The position numbers and the translations under genes were made by a program. Shown here piece after piece: positions 38,926 through 48,065 of a stretch of 64,000 bases of DNA (position 1 is the first letter of the stretch; the number at the start of each line of letters is the position of its first letter). This stretch comes from a virus: IMG/VR virus record IMGVR_UViG_3300005537_000002, positions 96,001-160,000 of that record. One strand, written 5' to 3'. Under the pieces are notes generated by a model, which made no database searches, had not been told where the DNA came from, and saw nothing but the letters and a program-made list of their open reading frames with translations.

Positions 38926-39351
38926 ATGACTAAAGGCCAATCGCAACTCACAACACTGCAGCTTGAGTACATTCAAGCGTGCAAAGCTAATATACAGCGT
39001 CTCTGTGAGGAGAAGCCGGAAGTAGCCGAATACATGAAGACACTCACACCGGACACGTTGCATGAGAGAGTAGTCCAATTCGACAGCATGTACGGTGAGG
39101 ATAACTACCTAAAGCCGGAGTATCAAGACTACTACATGTCGAGGGAACACGCTGAAGAGTGGGGAGTTTTAGTTGAGTTACACGTAAGTATGCACCAAAA
39201 CGTGCTGTCTAAAGGTACGTTCAGTGACAAGTTAGGGCCTTACGGAAGCGAGGAACGTCACCGTAACCTGCAAGAGTGCTATGCGGTAGCACTGCTAGAC
39301 GTCCGAGTAGCCGAACTTATGTGGGATTGGAACCCACGAGAGGCTGACTGA
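38926..39351 (+). CDS. hypothetical protein (module D1)
   Basis: LQLEYIQAC...PEVA.YM.TLTP; paralogue of 39854. Confidence 0.85.
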   Translation: MTKGQSQLTTLQLEYIQACKANIQRLCEEKPEVAEYMKTLTPDTLHERVVQFDSMYGEDNYLKPEYQDYYMSREHAEEWGVLVELHVSMHQNVLSKGTFSDKLGPYGSEERHRNLQECYAVALLDVRVAELMWDWNPREAD

Positions 39352-39352
39352 T

Positions 39353-39826
39353 ATGACTTACAGCCAGAGGTTGAAGCAGATGTCACCTACCGAGCTAGCG
39401 GTAGAGTACCATACTAAGCAGTTGGAGGAACGGGAGTCGAAATTACACGACCCGGATGAGGACCGACAAGTGCTGCTAGGTGACATGATGGACCACGAAC
39501 AAGCGCTAGAACTACTACATAGTCTAGACGATTGGAAGTCTAGTGGAGACTATGAGTGGCTATTAGAGACGTATGACGAGCGTGACGGAGTGACGGCTGA
39601 CATGCCAGTGCATAGAGCTATGCTAATCTACTACCAGAAAAAGACTGAGTCAGTAGAGGATCGCATAGAGAGTGGTGAGTACACAAGGGTTCACGACGTA
39701 CTCATGATTACAGACTACCTCACGGACAACTACAAAGCTATGGCAGTGCTGCAATCACTAGCGAACCCTCAAGAGCTACTTAATATGCGTCTGTGGCTGA
39801 TGAGAGACTTACTCAGCAAGATGTAG
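39353..39826 (+). CDS. helical two-repeat protein (module C2)
   Basis: Paralogue of 38425. Confidence 0.85.
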   Translation: MTYSQRLKQMSPTELAVEYHTKQLEERESKLHDPDEDRQVLLGDMMDHEQALELLHSLDDWKSSGDYEWLLETYDERDGVTADMPVHRAMLIYYQKKTESVEDRIESGEYTRVHDVLMITDYLTDNYKAMAVLQSLANPQELLNMRLWLMRDLLSKM

Positions 39827-39853
39827 TACAAGCACACCTAAAGGAGAACAGAC

Positions 39854-40267
39854 ATGACAAGCAACCTCACGAGGCTGCAGATAGAGTACATTCAAGCGTG
39901 TGAGGCTAGTATACGACAGCTCCTTACAGATAGACCGGAAGTAGCTGCGTATATGCAGACACTCACACCAGAAACCTTCTACCAGAAGGTTATACGCTTT
40001 GGTGACTACTTCGCCTCGGACGACCGACTGAAGCAGGAATATCACTTCTACATGACGAGAGAGTACGCGCAGGAGTGGAAAGCGTTAGTCAATCTAGCAG
40101 CCGCTGTAGATGTGGTACTGATGGGCGGAGAGTTCAGTGACAGCTTGGGCGAGCACGGTACTGTAGAAAGAATTGAGGGCTTAGTAGAGTGCCACAAGGT
40201 GGCGGACTTAGGACCAACTATAGCTGAACTCATGTGGGACTGGAACTCGCAGAAGGAGGAGTACTAG
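39854..40267 (+). CDS. hypothetical protein (module D2)
   Basis: Paralogue of 38926. Confidence 0.85.
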   Translation: MTSNLTRLQIEYIQACEASIRQLLTDRPEVAAYMQTLTPETFYQKVIRFGDYFASDDRLKQEYHFYMTREYAQEWKALVNLAAAVDVVLMGGEFSDSLGEHGTVERIEGLVECHKVADLGPTIAELMWDWNSQKEEY

Positions 40268-40268
40268 C

Positions 40269-40595
40269 ATGGAGTATCCAGAACTAACACCACCGACGGG
40301 TAAAGAGTGCTTTGACTGGGCTCGTAAGTACGGACTGGCTGAAGAGTTTCTAGCACGAATGTACGAGGAGTTCGGTAGCGACGTGAGGACTTGGTTCCCG
40401 ATGGCAGCATTGGGGTTGGTATTGAGATACCACTATCAAGCTAAGTTGCAAGAGGCAACTAAGGAGTACTTCAGTCAGTACAAAGGCTTGCACCCCGCTG
40501 TGCTGGAATGGATAGGATACCATCTAGACAAGGACTTCATGGAAGAAGTCTTTATTCCAAGTAGTATCGCAGAGCAGAAGGAGGAACACGACTAA
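40269..40595 (+). CDS. hypothetical protein
   Basis: SD GGAGGAG. Confidence 0.85.
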   Translation: MEYPELTPPTGKECFDWARKYGLAEEFLARMYEEFGSDVRTWFPMAALGLVLRYHYQAKLQEATKEYFSQYKGLHPAVLEWIGYHLDKDFMEEVFIPSSIAEQKEEHD

Positions 40596-40966
40596 TGAGA
40601 GCACATTATTGGTACGAAGGCGAGAACACGTCCGGTGTAGAACGACAGCAGAGCATCGAAAACGGGAGTTGGCTTCCGACAGAGACGGAACTGGGGACTA
40701 TCAGAGTGTTGAAGACGATAGTACGTAGTCGAGTGCGTAGAGTGATAGCAGAAATGAGGCAAGAGTTTCCTGACTTAATAGACCAAGTCCGTTGGGCAGC
40801 GTATACCCAGTTTGAGGAGGCTGACGCTCATTGTTCAGACACGGACATGCATAAAGATCCTGGTGAGATCATCGAGGGTGACACGAGAGACGTCTTTCAG
40901 GCGCTAGACTTTGATCCTTTGTACAACGATTGGCCATCACTCTTCCGAGAAGACACCACACTGTGA
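40595..40966 (+). CDS. hypothetical protein
   Basis: Paralogue of 54959 (VIA.MR..., VRW.AY, WPSLF). Confidence 0.85.
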   Translation: MRAHYWYEGENTSGVERQQSIENGSWLPTETELGTIRVLKTIVRSRVRRVIAEMRQEFPDLIDQVRWAAYTQFEEADAHCSDTDMHKDPGEIIEGDTRDVFQALDFDPLYNDWPSLFREDTTL

Positions 40967-40979
40967 AGGAGGTCTCCCA

Positions 40980-41132
40980 ATGCCTACCCCAAACGACATA
41001 CTAGCATTCTTATACGTACTGGCAGCTATATTCGCGGTCATCGTGACAATAGGTAGTGGCTTTGCAGCCATATACGTCATAACCACATTGGCAATGCGTT
41101 GGATGGACCGACTTGACGAAAGGGAGAAGTAG
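40980..41132 (+). CDS. small membrane protein
   Basis: Start moved to ATG 40980 (SD AAGGAGG); hydrophobic. Confidence 0.75.
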   Translation: MPTPNDILAFLYVLAAIFAVIVTIGSGFAAIYVITTLAMRWMDRLDEREK

Positions 41133-41135
41133 CTC

Positions 41136-41432
41136 ATGTGTGACGTTATAGAACAGGTACACGGAGCTGTAGAAGAGGTGCTAGACTATACCTTGACATC
41201 GCCGTATGCAGACGGTATGTTTGCTGGTAGTCCAGTAGAGCTGCTCTACTACGACGGAGTCTATGTTGGGTACGAACTCACCATTAAGCAGTCTCCTCAA
41301 TGCGTCAACGGACCGAACTGTCAAGAGTGTAAGAGCGCTATTGGTACGAGAGTGAGAGTCTACATTGACTTCCCGGACATTGACACGTTCGGCGATAGTC
41401 CGAACCCGTTCGCAGAGTTGAGAAAGGGGTAG
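41136..41432 (+). CDS. hypothetical protein
   Basis: Internal C...C..C. Confidence 0.8.
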   Translation: MCDVIEQVHGAVEEVLDYTLTSPYADGMFAGSPVELLYYDGVYVGYELTIKQSPQCVNGPNCQECKSAIGTRVRVYIDFPDIDTFGDSPNPFAELRKG

Positions 41433-41436
41433 TACT

Positions 41437-41751
41437 GTGAGTAGTAGTTCAGAGAGGTTGTCCCGGGAGGAACTTGATACGTATTGGGACACTGATCAAG
41501 AGGACTGCCGAGAGGCTATCGACCTCATGTACGGTAAGGAGACTTGGACATCCGGTTCGATACTCAACGTACTGGAAGGTTGGCAACACTTCGTACTCGG
41601 GTACGGTAACCCGATGGTAGAAGACGGAGAGGTCAATGGAAACCTAGGTATGCAACTAGAGGGTGTAGGTGACCCGACGCTGAAGAAGGTGATCTGCATC
41701 ACTGGCCAAGTGTTTTGGCTGAAGGTGTCTTATGAAAGGCCTGAAGGATAG
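41437..41751 (+). CDS. hypothetical protein
   Basis: SD AAGGGG, GTG start. Confidence 0.8.
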   Translation: MSSSSERLSREELDTYWDTDQEDCREAIDLMYGKETWTSGSILNVLEGWQHFVLGYGNPMVEDGEVNGNLGMQLEGVGDPTLKKVICITGQVFWLKVSYERPEG

Positions 41752-41757
41752 AACTAC

Positions 41758-42075
41758 ATGTACTCATTTCAAGTAGATGCTGTACGAGAGGCTGTACTCC
41801 CGAGTAAGGTCACGAGTATCGGTTCATATCACGTATGGGTTGACAGAATAGACGAGTCGCTAGATGAGGTTCTAAGCAGAGTAGTATCCAGTCTCCACTT
41901 GGGGGATGGTAGTGGAGGAGATTACAGCCCGAACTACAGTGGGTGGTGCTGGAGATGTTGGCGTAGAACCAACTGGGAGTACTACACTTCCGAGGTCTAC
42001 GGAAGGTCTTGGTGGACTGCTAGCAGATGCCAAAGATGTCTTCGCACTAAAATCGAGTACCTATATGGTATCTGA
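41758..42075 (+). CDS. zinc-binding hypothetical protein
   Basis: CWRC...CQRC. Confidence 0.75.
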   Translation: MYSFQVDAVREAVLPSKVTSIGSYHVWVDRIDESLDEVLSRVVSSLHLGDGSGGDYSPNYSGWCWRCWRRTNWEYYTSEVYGRSWWTASRCQRCLRTKIEYLYGI

Positions 42076-42086
42076 AAGGAGAAGTA

Positions 42087-42419
42087 ATGACCAAGCACCT
42101 GCTGTCATTAACGGAGTTGGAGGCTGCCGTAGAAGAGTGGCAGTATCTCAATGCGTGGTATGCCATACAAAAGGTAGTTGAAGGAAGGAGCATAGACTTA
42201 GTAAAGTTCGACTTCTCCTACTGTACCGATCAGTACGATCCGGAGTACGTACAAGTTAGCTATTCCGGAAGTCGACTTGAAGTAAGCGAAGAACTGCGGG
42301 AGAGTCTACACAAGACAGTATCGGATCATATGACACTAGAAGGTTACTTTGATGTGTCTTTCGACATGACTACACAACCGAAACTGGGATATGACGAGAT
42401 TTGGGGGAGTAACTCTTGA
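42087..42419 (+). CDS. hypothetical protein
   Basis: SD AAAGGAG. Confidence 0.85.
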   Translation: MTKHLLSLTELEAAVEEWQYLNAWYAIQKVVEGRSIDLVKFDFSYCTDQYDPEYVQVSYSGSRLEVSEELRESLHKTVSDHMTLEGYFDVSFDMTTQPKLGYDEIWGSNS

Positions 42420-42434
42420 TAGAGAGGAGCAGTA

Positions 42435-42959
42435 ATGTACAACGGTGGCGAAGAAGTCAAAGTCGTAGGATATGCTGACGAGCCTAGCGGGTACATTCCG
42501 CTGTATGTACCTGAACGACTGTATGATAAGATGTGTAGGTTCTTAGCGAGGTTGTTAGCTAGGGAAGCTGGTGAAGACGATGGTGTGTTCGATCCGGAAC
42601 GGTTGGGGAATCCGTCTAGACTCTGGAGAGAACCGGACTTAATGAGACTAGCTAGAGACTACGATCAACTTGCGGTAGGTGTACAGATGCTGCTGACACT
42701 TACATCGGAGAGCCCTGGCGAGTGGGTAAGCTTTGCAGAGTTGATGGAAGCTTCCGGACGAACGAAACGTCAGTTAATGGGGGAGTTAGGAGGTTTCACT
42801 CAATACTTGAAGAAGCTCTTTAACCTGCAGTCGGAGTACGGGACTAAGGCAGAGTTGTTTCCCGTAAGACTTAGTTATAGAGATGGTCAACGCTATTACA
42901 CCATGCCACAAGACATTGCGAACTTGTGGATCATCGCAAGGAGAGAAGTCGATGGCTAA
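42435..42959 (+). CDS. winged-helix-like protein (DUF6416-like)
   Basis: PGEWVSFAEL..ASG....L.G.LG, then YYTM....LW. Confidence 0.55.
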   Translation: MYNGGEEVKVVGYADEPSGYIPLYVPERLYDKMCRFLARLLAREAGEDDGVFDPERLGNPSRLWREPDLMRLARDYDQLAVGVQMLLTLTSESPGEWVSFAELMEASGRTKRQLMGELGGFTQYLKKLFNLQSEYGTKAELFPVRLSYRDGQRYYTMPQDIANLWIIARREVDG

Positions 42960-43209
42960 CGTCAAGCACAACGGAGCATACAGACGTAGGGTAAGACCTC
43001 TGTGGAGAGACAACTTTTGGCTGAAGAATGCGGACCTGACACAACTCAATGACGCTGTGCTAACCGAGTTTGAACAGCACCCAACGTCGATGGAGTGTCC
43101 GAGGTGCGATGGCATCGTATGGTGGAACGCATTCATTAGCATGCACCAGTGTGCTAAGTGTAAAGTGGCGAAGTATGCACTAGGATGGATGGTACCTATC
43201 CATGGCTAA
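42952..43209 (+). CDS. zinc-ribbon protein
   Basis: CPRC...CAKC; start moved to ATG 42952. Confidence 0.75.
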   Translation: MANVKHNGAYRRRVRPLWRDNFWLKNADLTQLNDAVLTEFEQHPTSMECPRCDGIVWWNAFISMHQCAKCKVAKYALGWMVPIHG

Positions 43210-43429
43210 GCACAAGTTTACTTCCGAAAACGCGGCCACCTATGGTGCGAAAGGTGGCCGTAAAGCCGTCGAGAACGGTACGCTACATAAGCTGACGAAA
43301 GAAGAGAGTAGTCGTGGAGGCAAAGCTTGCTTCGAGCGGCTTATGCAAACCAAGCCGCAAACGTTACTGTCACTGAAGCCAAAGATTCGAGGCTTCTACA
43401 ACAAGAAAGGTCAACCTACAGATGAGTAA
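43202..43429 (+). CDS. KGG-motif basic protein
   Basis: GAKGGRK and SRGGK repeats. Confidence 0.65.
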   Translation: MAKHKFTSENAATYGAKGGRKAVENGTLHKLTKEESSRGGKACFERLMQTKPQTLLSLKPKIRGFYNKKGQPTDE

Positions 43430-43784
43430 TGGTAGTTTCTTTACTAATATGCGGGGTGTGCTCAGTACAACGAACGGTGATGTCACTGTACTAGTTGTGC
43501 TTGCAGTTGGAGACCGTATACTGGATAGCACAGACGACTTAACTCGCTTACACGAGATACCCGACGAGAAGGTGCGGGATGTAGTAGAGGGAGTAGAGAC
43601 TGGACAGCAGCAGTATAAGGTGCGAGTGACTAACCTTGCACTCACAGTTATGTTCCGCTTACTCGAGCGCGGCGATCTGGAGTCGGAAGTCTCTAGTATA
43701 CCCGCACATATCGTAGAAGCGTTGAGGACCGAGTACACTAGGGATCCAGGAGCAGCATACTACACGTTAGTACCAGTAGAGTAG
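43422..43784 (+). CDS. hypothetical protein
   Basis: Overlapping start. Confidence 0.8.
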   Translation: MSNGSFFTNMRGVLSTTNGDVTVLVVLAVGDRILDSTDDLTRLHEIPDEKVRDVVEGVETGQQQYKVRVTNLALTVMFRLLERGDLESEVSSIPAHIVEALRTEYTRDPGAAYYTLVPVE

Positions 43785-43786
43785 GA

Positions 43787-44152
43787 GTGAAGTACATGCA
43801 AGAGTTACTACAAGCGAAAGCGATTCGTAAGTCTCCTACCGGGGACAAGGTTGTACTAGTGCATCATCTAGCGAGTGAGGACTTATCAGATGTATTAGAC
43901 GGTCTTACGGATATTACTTACGTAAGCGTCCGAGAGATGAGTACACTGTCCCACGCGCTAGGGGATGCTGGTACTGCATACTACATTCGAATAACTCGAG
44001 GAGCTTACTACGATATACGCGCAAAGTTTCGCGTAGTAGAAGAGTTAGACACTAGTAGTACACCCGCACTAGCAGCCCAAGGTATATATGCTATGGGTAG
44101 AGAGTTCGAGGAGCACCCAGACCTAACTTTCGTCGAACTCTCGGTAGTGTAG
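43787..44152 (+). CDS. hypothetical protein
   Basis: GTG start. Confidence 0.8.
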   Translation: MKYMQELLQAKAIRKSPTGDKVVLVHHLASEDLSDVLDGLTDITYVSVREMSTLSHALGDAGTAYYIRITRGAYYDIRAKFRVVEELDTSSTPALAAQGIYAMGREFEEHPDLTFVELSVV

Positions 44153-44184
44153 TAGACTATTCCTTCTCTCCTTTGTGTGTGTGG

Positions 44185-44217
44185 AGGCCTAGCTACAATT
44201 GTAGCTAGGCCTTTTTG
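44185..44217 (+). terminator. intrinsic terminator
   Basis: AGGCCTAGCTAC-AATT-GTAGCTAGGCCT followed by a T-run. Confidence 0.9.
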
Positions 44218-44237
44218 CATGTCTTTATGGCTGTGTC

Positions 44238-44270
44238 ATCTTGTAAACAATAGGGGGTTTATATTATAAT
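44238..44270 (+). promoter_or_regulatory. phage early promoter (copy 13)
   Basis: TTGTAA(44241-46)-N18-TATAAT(44265-70). Confidence 0.85.
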
Positions 44271-44329
44271 ATTATTAATAAATATACATTCTTACTACCA
44301 ACCCACATACACACAAGGAGGTACCAACT

Positions 44330-44707
44330 ATGGCAACCAACAGTACTATCACTAACATCTTACACGTACAGATACAAGAAGGGGGAAAGGCAGACTATCC
44401 ACCGGAGGTGGTAGTAGAGATAGCTAGGGAGTTGCATCAACACGAACAGCGGTTAGTACGACACGGTAAGAACCCTACGGAAGCAAGGTTCGGTGCGTAC
44501 TTACGAGTACTGCATAGCTTTGCGGAGATGGTGGAGAGCATATGGTTTAGCGCGTATGAAGGTGACTTAAGAGCACTATCAGAAGAAGACTACAGGAGTC
44601 AGAGAGCGAAAGTCTACCAAATGATGGTAGAGACTGTGCATCCTATATGGATATCCGGTGAGTGTGAAGCAGCTATACAGTCGGCCTACAACCAAGAGGA
44701 GAACTAG
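44330..44707 (+). CDS. hypothetical protein
   Basis: SD AAGGAGG. Confidence 0.85.
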   Translation: MATNSTITNILHVQIQEGGKADYPPEVVVEIARELHQHEQRLVRHGKNPTEARFGAYLRVLHSFAEMVESIWFSAYEGDLRALSEEDYRSQRAKVYQMMVETVHPIWISGECEAAIQSAYNQEEN

Positions 44708-44708
44708 T

Positions 44709-45125
44709 ATGTCAACCAACCAATCACTTACACCACTTGAGAAGGCATTACGCTACTATGAAGTTTGTTTCCAACTGGAGGTAGATGAAACCAAGGCGGA
44801 GGAGTTCCTCAACGACAATGACATGCTGCGTAGTCTAGGCTTCCATACGGACATTATACCTATGCTACGTAGTCTGGTTGAGTTGGGTCGTGAGGGTATG
44901 CTGACAGCACTACTAAAGATGCAGGGCACGTTTACGGAGTCACCAGCTGAGTGGTCGGACTTACGATTGGCAAATGTGTACGCAATGTCTTCGTACACAT
45001 ACCTGATGGGGATGGTACGTCAGGGATACGACCACGATGACCTACCGCTAGCGCTGGAAGACATACTCCGCACCATACATGCGATGTACTTCGTGACCAG
45101 AGACGAACACCTTTGGAACATCTAG
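44709..45125 (+). CDS. helical protein, paralogue of 54249
   Basis: LEKA..YY, EWSDL; start moved to ATG 44709. Confidence 0.85.
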   Translation: MSTNQSLTPLEKALRYYEVCFQLEVDETKAEEFLNDNDMLRSLGFHTDIIPMLRSLVELGREGMLTALLKMQGTFTESPAEWSDLRLANVYAMSSYTYLMGMVRQGYDHDDLPLALEDILRTIHAMYFVTRDEHLWNI

Positions 45126-45132
45126 TTAGCAC

Positions 45133-45160
45133 CGTAGTGGGTATACCTATACCCACTACG
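45133..45160. repeat. perfect palindrome, 13-bp arms, 2-nt spacer
   Basis: CGTAGTGGGTATA-CC-TATACCCACTACG. Confidence 0.9.
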
Positions 45161-45180
45161 CACAAAGAAGGAGAACAGAC

Positions 45181-45693
45181 ATGTTAGACTATGATAGCAG
45201 GTATGAAGAAGGTTACGACAGTATTGAGGAGATAGTGTGGGAGTACTATACACGACGGGCTTCCGCATTGAACAAGGAGTTAGCAGAAGCTACTCCCAAC
45301 AGAGATCTAAGGCACGTTGTAGAGGAACTAGCACAAGTGATGACTGCTGTAGACGTACTAGAAGAAGGTAACTGTATACCGAGGTTGGTAGAGATGCAAG
45401 AGTGGCTGAATACGACGTACGGGTACAAGTATGACGTGCTAGCAGATATAGAGCGCCTAGCGGAAGTGGATCCGAATGAAGATGTGCAACTAGTATACTA
45501 CCAAAAGAAAGTACAGGCGGTAGCGGAGAACTTTACGTATGGAGCGTATACAACGCCAGACGAAATAGCAGCCGCCGGCAAGAGACTAGCGGAGTATCAA
45601 GCGGCTGTAGCTGTGCTAGAGGAACTGAACGATCCAGAACGCATACTAGGTATGGAACGTTGGTTGTGTGATTGCACAGATTGGAGGTCGTAG
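45181..45693 (+). CDS. helical two-repeat protein
   Basis: EYY...; YYQKK...EY..A.AVLE.L..P.....M..WL as in 39353. Confidence 0.85.
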   Translation: MLDYDSRYEEGYDSIEEIVWEYYTRRASALNKELAEATPNRDLRHVVEELAQVMTAVDVLEEGNCIPRLVEMQEWLNTTYGYKYDVLADIERLAEVDPNEDVQLVYYQKKVQAVAENFTYGAYTTPDEIAAAGKRLAEYQAAVAVLEELNDPERILGMERWLCDCTDWRS

Positions 45694-45695
45694 AC

Positions 45696-46154
45696 ATGAC
45701 AATAGAAGAGTTTGTACGTGCTATGCCATTGGACTTTCTGTTGGAAGCGGCTGCTCAAGAGTATATTGGTAGTCCAGTACCTACTACGGTGGATGAACTG
45801 TTGAGCACGTGGGAGGGAGCTGTAGAGGGTATAGCGCCACCGTATAGCCACTTAACGCAGTTGGTAGCTACAGACTGGGTGTACGGCGCATTAGGTGCGA
45901 TAGAAGAGGCAGATCGTACGTGGATTCCACGACACAAGTTAGTATTCGACTTGCTAAAGCAAGCAAAGGAGGAGTACCTACAAGCGAACGTAGCAGATGA
46001 TATTGAATCGGACGCACCTTGGGATGTACAAGGGCGTATTGAGTTTGACACTGACAACAATAGCAGTTGGGGTGAGTACTGGCCGAGTGTAGTACTATGG
46101 AAGTGGCTTGAAGCTGCAGGTTGTGAGTATAGGGAAGAGACTGCGCTAGAGTAG
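45696..46154 (+). CDS. hypothetical protein
   Basis: Start moved to ATG 45696 (SD GGAGG). Confidence 0.8.
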   Translation: MTIEEFVRAMPLDFLLEAAAQEYIGSPVPTTVDELLSTWEGAVEGIAPPYSHLTQLVATDWVYGALGAIEEADRTWIPRHKLVFDLLKQAKEEYLQANVADDIESDAPWDVQGRIEFDTDNNSSWGEYWPSVVLWKWLEAAGCEYREETALE

Positions 46155-46165
46155 AGGAGATAGAC

Positions 46166-46645
46166 ATGAGATTAGACCCAATGGAACTGCTACAACCTTT
46201 ACATGATGAGTGGAGGGAAGCTATTCAAGCCTATGTAGACGAGCACAAAACAGAACTGGCCCGATTGAAGTTATTGGACTGGAACGTGTTGACTGATGGT
46301 ACCATTGGTGGGCTAGACTTTCTAGAGGATCACGTCTTTGATGGTACAGGAGCTATAGAGAAACTAAAGACTGTAGAGGATTCAGTCGTGGAGAGCTATT
46401 ACGACGAAGACCCGAGTAGGTGCTATACAGGAGTTGGCAAGGACTTCGTTAGCTTCTGGGATGGGGTATACGACATTCGTGAGGTTTGTAGGTTAGCGTA
46501 TGACAAGTTCACTACAGAACACCCGGATGCCGTAGCTGAGATGCTTTCGCAAGAGCTGTCAGATAGACGTTACCTGTATGAGTACTACGACGAGAGTTGG
46601 GGTACACTAGCAGATATATTAATAGAGGTGCACGCAACTATATAG
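46166..46645 (+). CDS. acidic hypothetical protein
   Basis: SD GAGGAG. Confidence 0.85.
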   Translation: MRLDPMELLQPLHDEWREAIQAYVDEHKTELARLKLLDWNVLTDGTIGGLDFLEDHVFDGTGAIEKLKTVEDSVVESYYDEDPSRCYTGVGKDFVSFWDGVYDIREVCRLAYDKFTTEHPDAVAEMLSQELSDRRYLYEYYDESWGTLADILIEVHATI

Positions 46646-46659
46646 AAGGAGTAGAGAGC

Positions 46660-46941
46660 ATGAAACTGACGGAACTAGGGTTGGTATCAGAGTTTAAGCA
46701 GCCTTGTGGTTGTTGCGAGACTTCAGCTGTTTGCGAGGACGGACAGCAGCTGAAGGAGGCTGCAAATAAAGCGTTAGCTGCGTACTTCGATGTGCTAGAC
46801 CTAATCGACGTTGCAGAAGAAGGTGTACGTGGTGATCCGATGGACGCGGAAGTGTTAGCAGACCTTAGGGAGCTGAAGGCGAAGTATTCAGCGCTTGAGA
46901 GTGCAACGGCAACAGCTTGGCAGGAGCATTTGGGTGCGTGA
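46660..46941 (+). CDS. hypothetical protein
   Basis: Start moved to ATG 46660; PCGCC motif. Confidence 0.8.
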   Translation: MKLTELGLVSEFKQPCGCCETSAVCEDGQQLKEAANKALAAYFDVLDLIDVAEEGVRGDPMDAEVLADLRELKAKYSALESATATAWQEHLGA

Positions 46942-46950
46942 GTTTGATAG

Positions 46951-46989
46951 TAGTACCTCTTGTTTTTGGCAGGAGGTACTAGTTATAAT
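46951..46989 (+). promoter_or_regulatory. phage early promoter (copy 14) with hairpin over -35
   Basis: TAGTACCTCTTG/CAGGAGGTACTA; TTGTTT(46960-65)-N18-TATAAT(46984-89). Confidence 0.88.
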
Positions 46990-47032
46990 AATAGTATATA
47001 AAGTAGTTACTAGTTCAAAGAAGGAGTAGGGC

Positions 47033-47371
47033 ATGTTTCCAGTAGACTATAGAGAGCAAAGGTTGTTAGCTTGTCGGAATAGCACAGCTGACTCAGCTCC
47101 GTTCGAGGTTGACGGGTCGTTATTGGTTGGTACTTGTTATGTGCTGAAGTACCATGATAACTTTTCTCAGTATGGGAACGATGTAGTGTACTTGTATCCA
47201 GCGTTCCATAAGGGGGAGAGGTGTTGGCTACGTAGGTTTGTGTGGAGTGCGGACTCGCCGTATACAGCATACGGTACGATGGAAGAGATCATCTCGTTCG
47301 AGGACGGTGTACAACTGTTTCTGGAGCAAGGTGTGTTCGAATTCCCCGTTCCGGTTGAGTCCGATCGTTAG
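47033..47371 (+). CDS. hypothetical protein
   Basis: SD AAGGAG. Confidence 0.85.
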   Translation: MFPVDYREQRLLACRNSTADSAPFEVDGSLLVGTCYVLKYHDNFSQYGNDVVYLYPAFHKGERCWLRRFVWSADSPYTAYGTMEEIISFEDGVQLFLEQGVFEFPVPVESDR

Positions 47372-47389
47372 TGAGAAAGAAGGTTACTT

Positions 47390-48046
47390 ATGTCGACTGG
47401 TCGTCCGTATGCAAGAGTCGAGGTAGTAGAGATAATGACACTATTACCTATCGAGGAGGCACTGTCTACACTTATAGGGAAGGTTGGTGAGTGGGAACCC
47501 GAGTTCGACTACGAATTGATGCAGCAAATCTACGAAGACGGAGAGAGGAAGTTTCAAATCGTGCGTGCGTGGGTTGACCTCACTTATGATGAAGAACAGT
47601 TTCCGCGAGGATATGTCCTCGTAGATACTGTACCAGTAGTTGACGAGCAGCGAGAACCAGTACAGAAGCTTGTGGACTACGCAACTTCTTTAGGGCTAGA
47701 CTCGATAGACTTATCGTGGCTAGAGGACTACATTAAGGAGTTGCAAGCAGTTACTGACGAACAGCGAGAACTCGAAAGGGAAGTTGAGTCAGTTACGGAT
47801 ACTCAGCAAGAGTCTTTTGGGGCCCTTGAGGACTACATTAGGGAGTTGCAGGCTGGTGCAGTAGATTTACCACCAGTTAAGCACACGTCACTGCCTTGCT
47901 CTCACTGTCAGAGTAGACATCCTGGATACGCGTGCTCTCCAAGCGTATTGTACAGTCCACATACGCTGTATCCGACTGCTAACAAAGGAGAGTGGTTATA
48001 TCAGTGTGAGGGTTGCGGCCACTTAGGCCGTTGTTACGATCGCTAG
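47390..48046 (+). CDS. protein with internal repeat and C-terminal zinc finger
   Basis: LEDYI(K/R)ELQA twice; CSHC...CEGC. Confidence 0.8.
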   Translation: MSTGRPYARVEVVEIMTLLPIEEALSTLIGKVGEWEPEFDYELMQQIYEDGERKFQIVRAWVDLTYDEEQFPRGYVLVDTVPVVDEQREPVQKLVDYATSLGLDSIDLSWLEDYIKELQAVTDEQRELEREVESVTDTQQESFGALEDYIRELQAGAVDLPPVKHTSLPCSHCQSRHPGYACSPSVLYSPHTLYPTANKGEWLYQCEGCGHLGRCYDR

Positions 48047-48065
48047 TTGGTAAGAAAGGTAAGAT

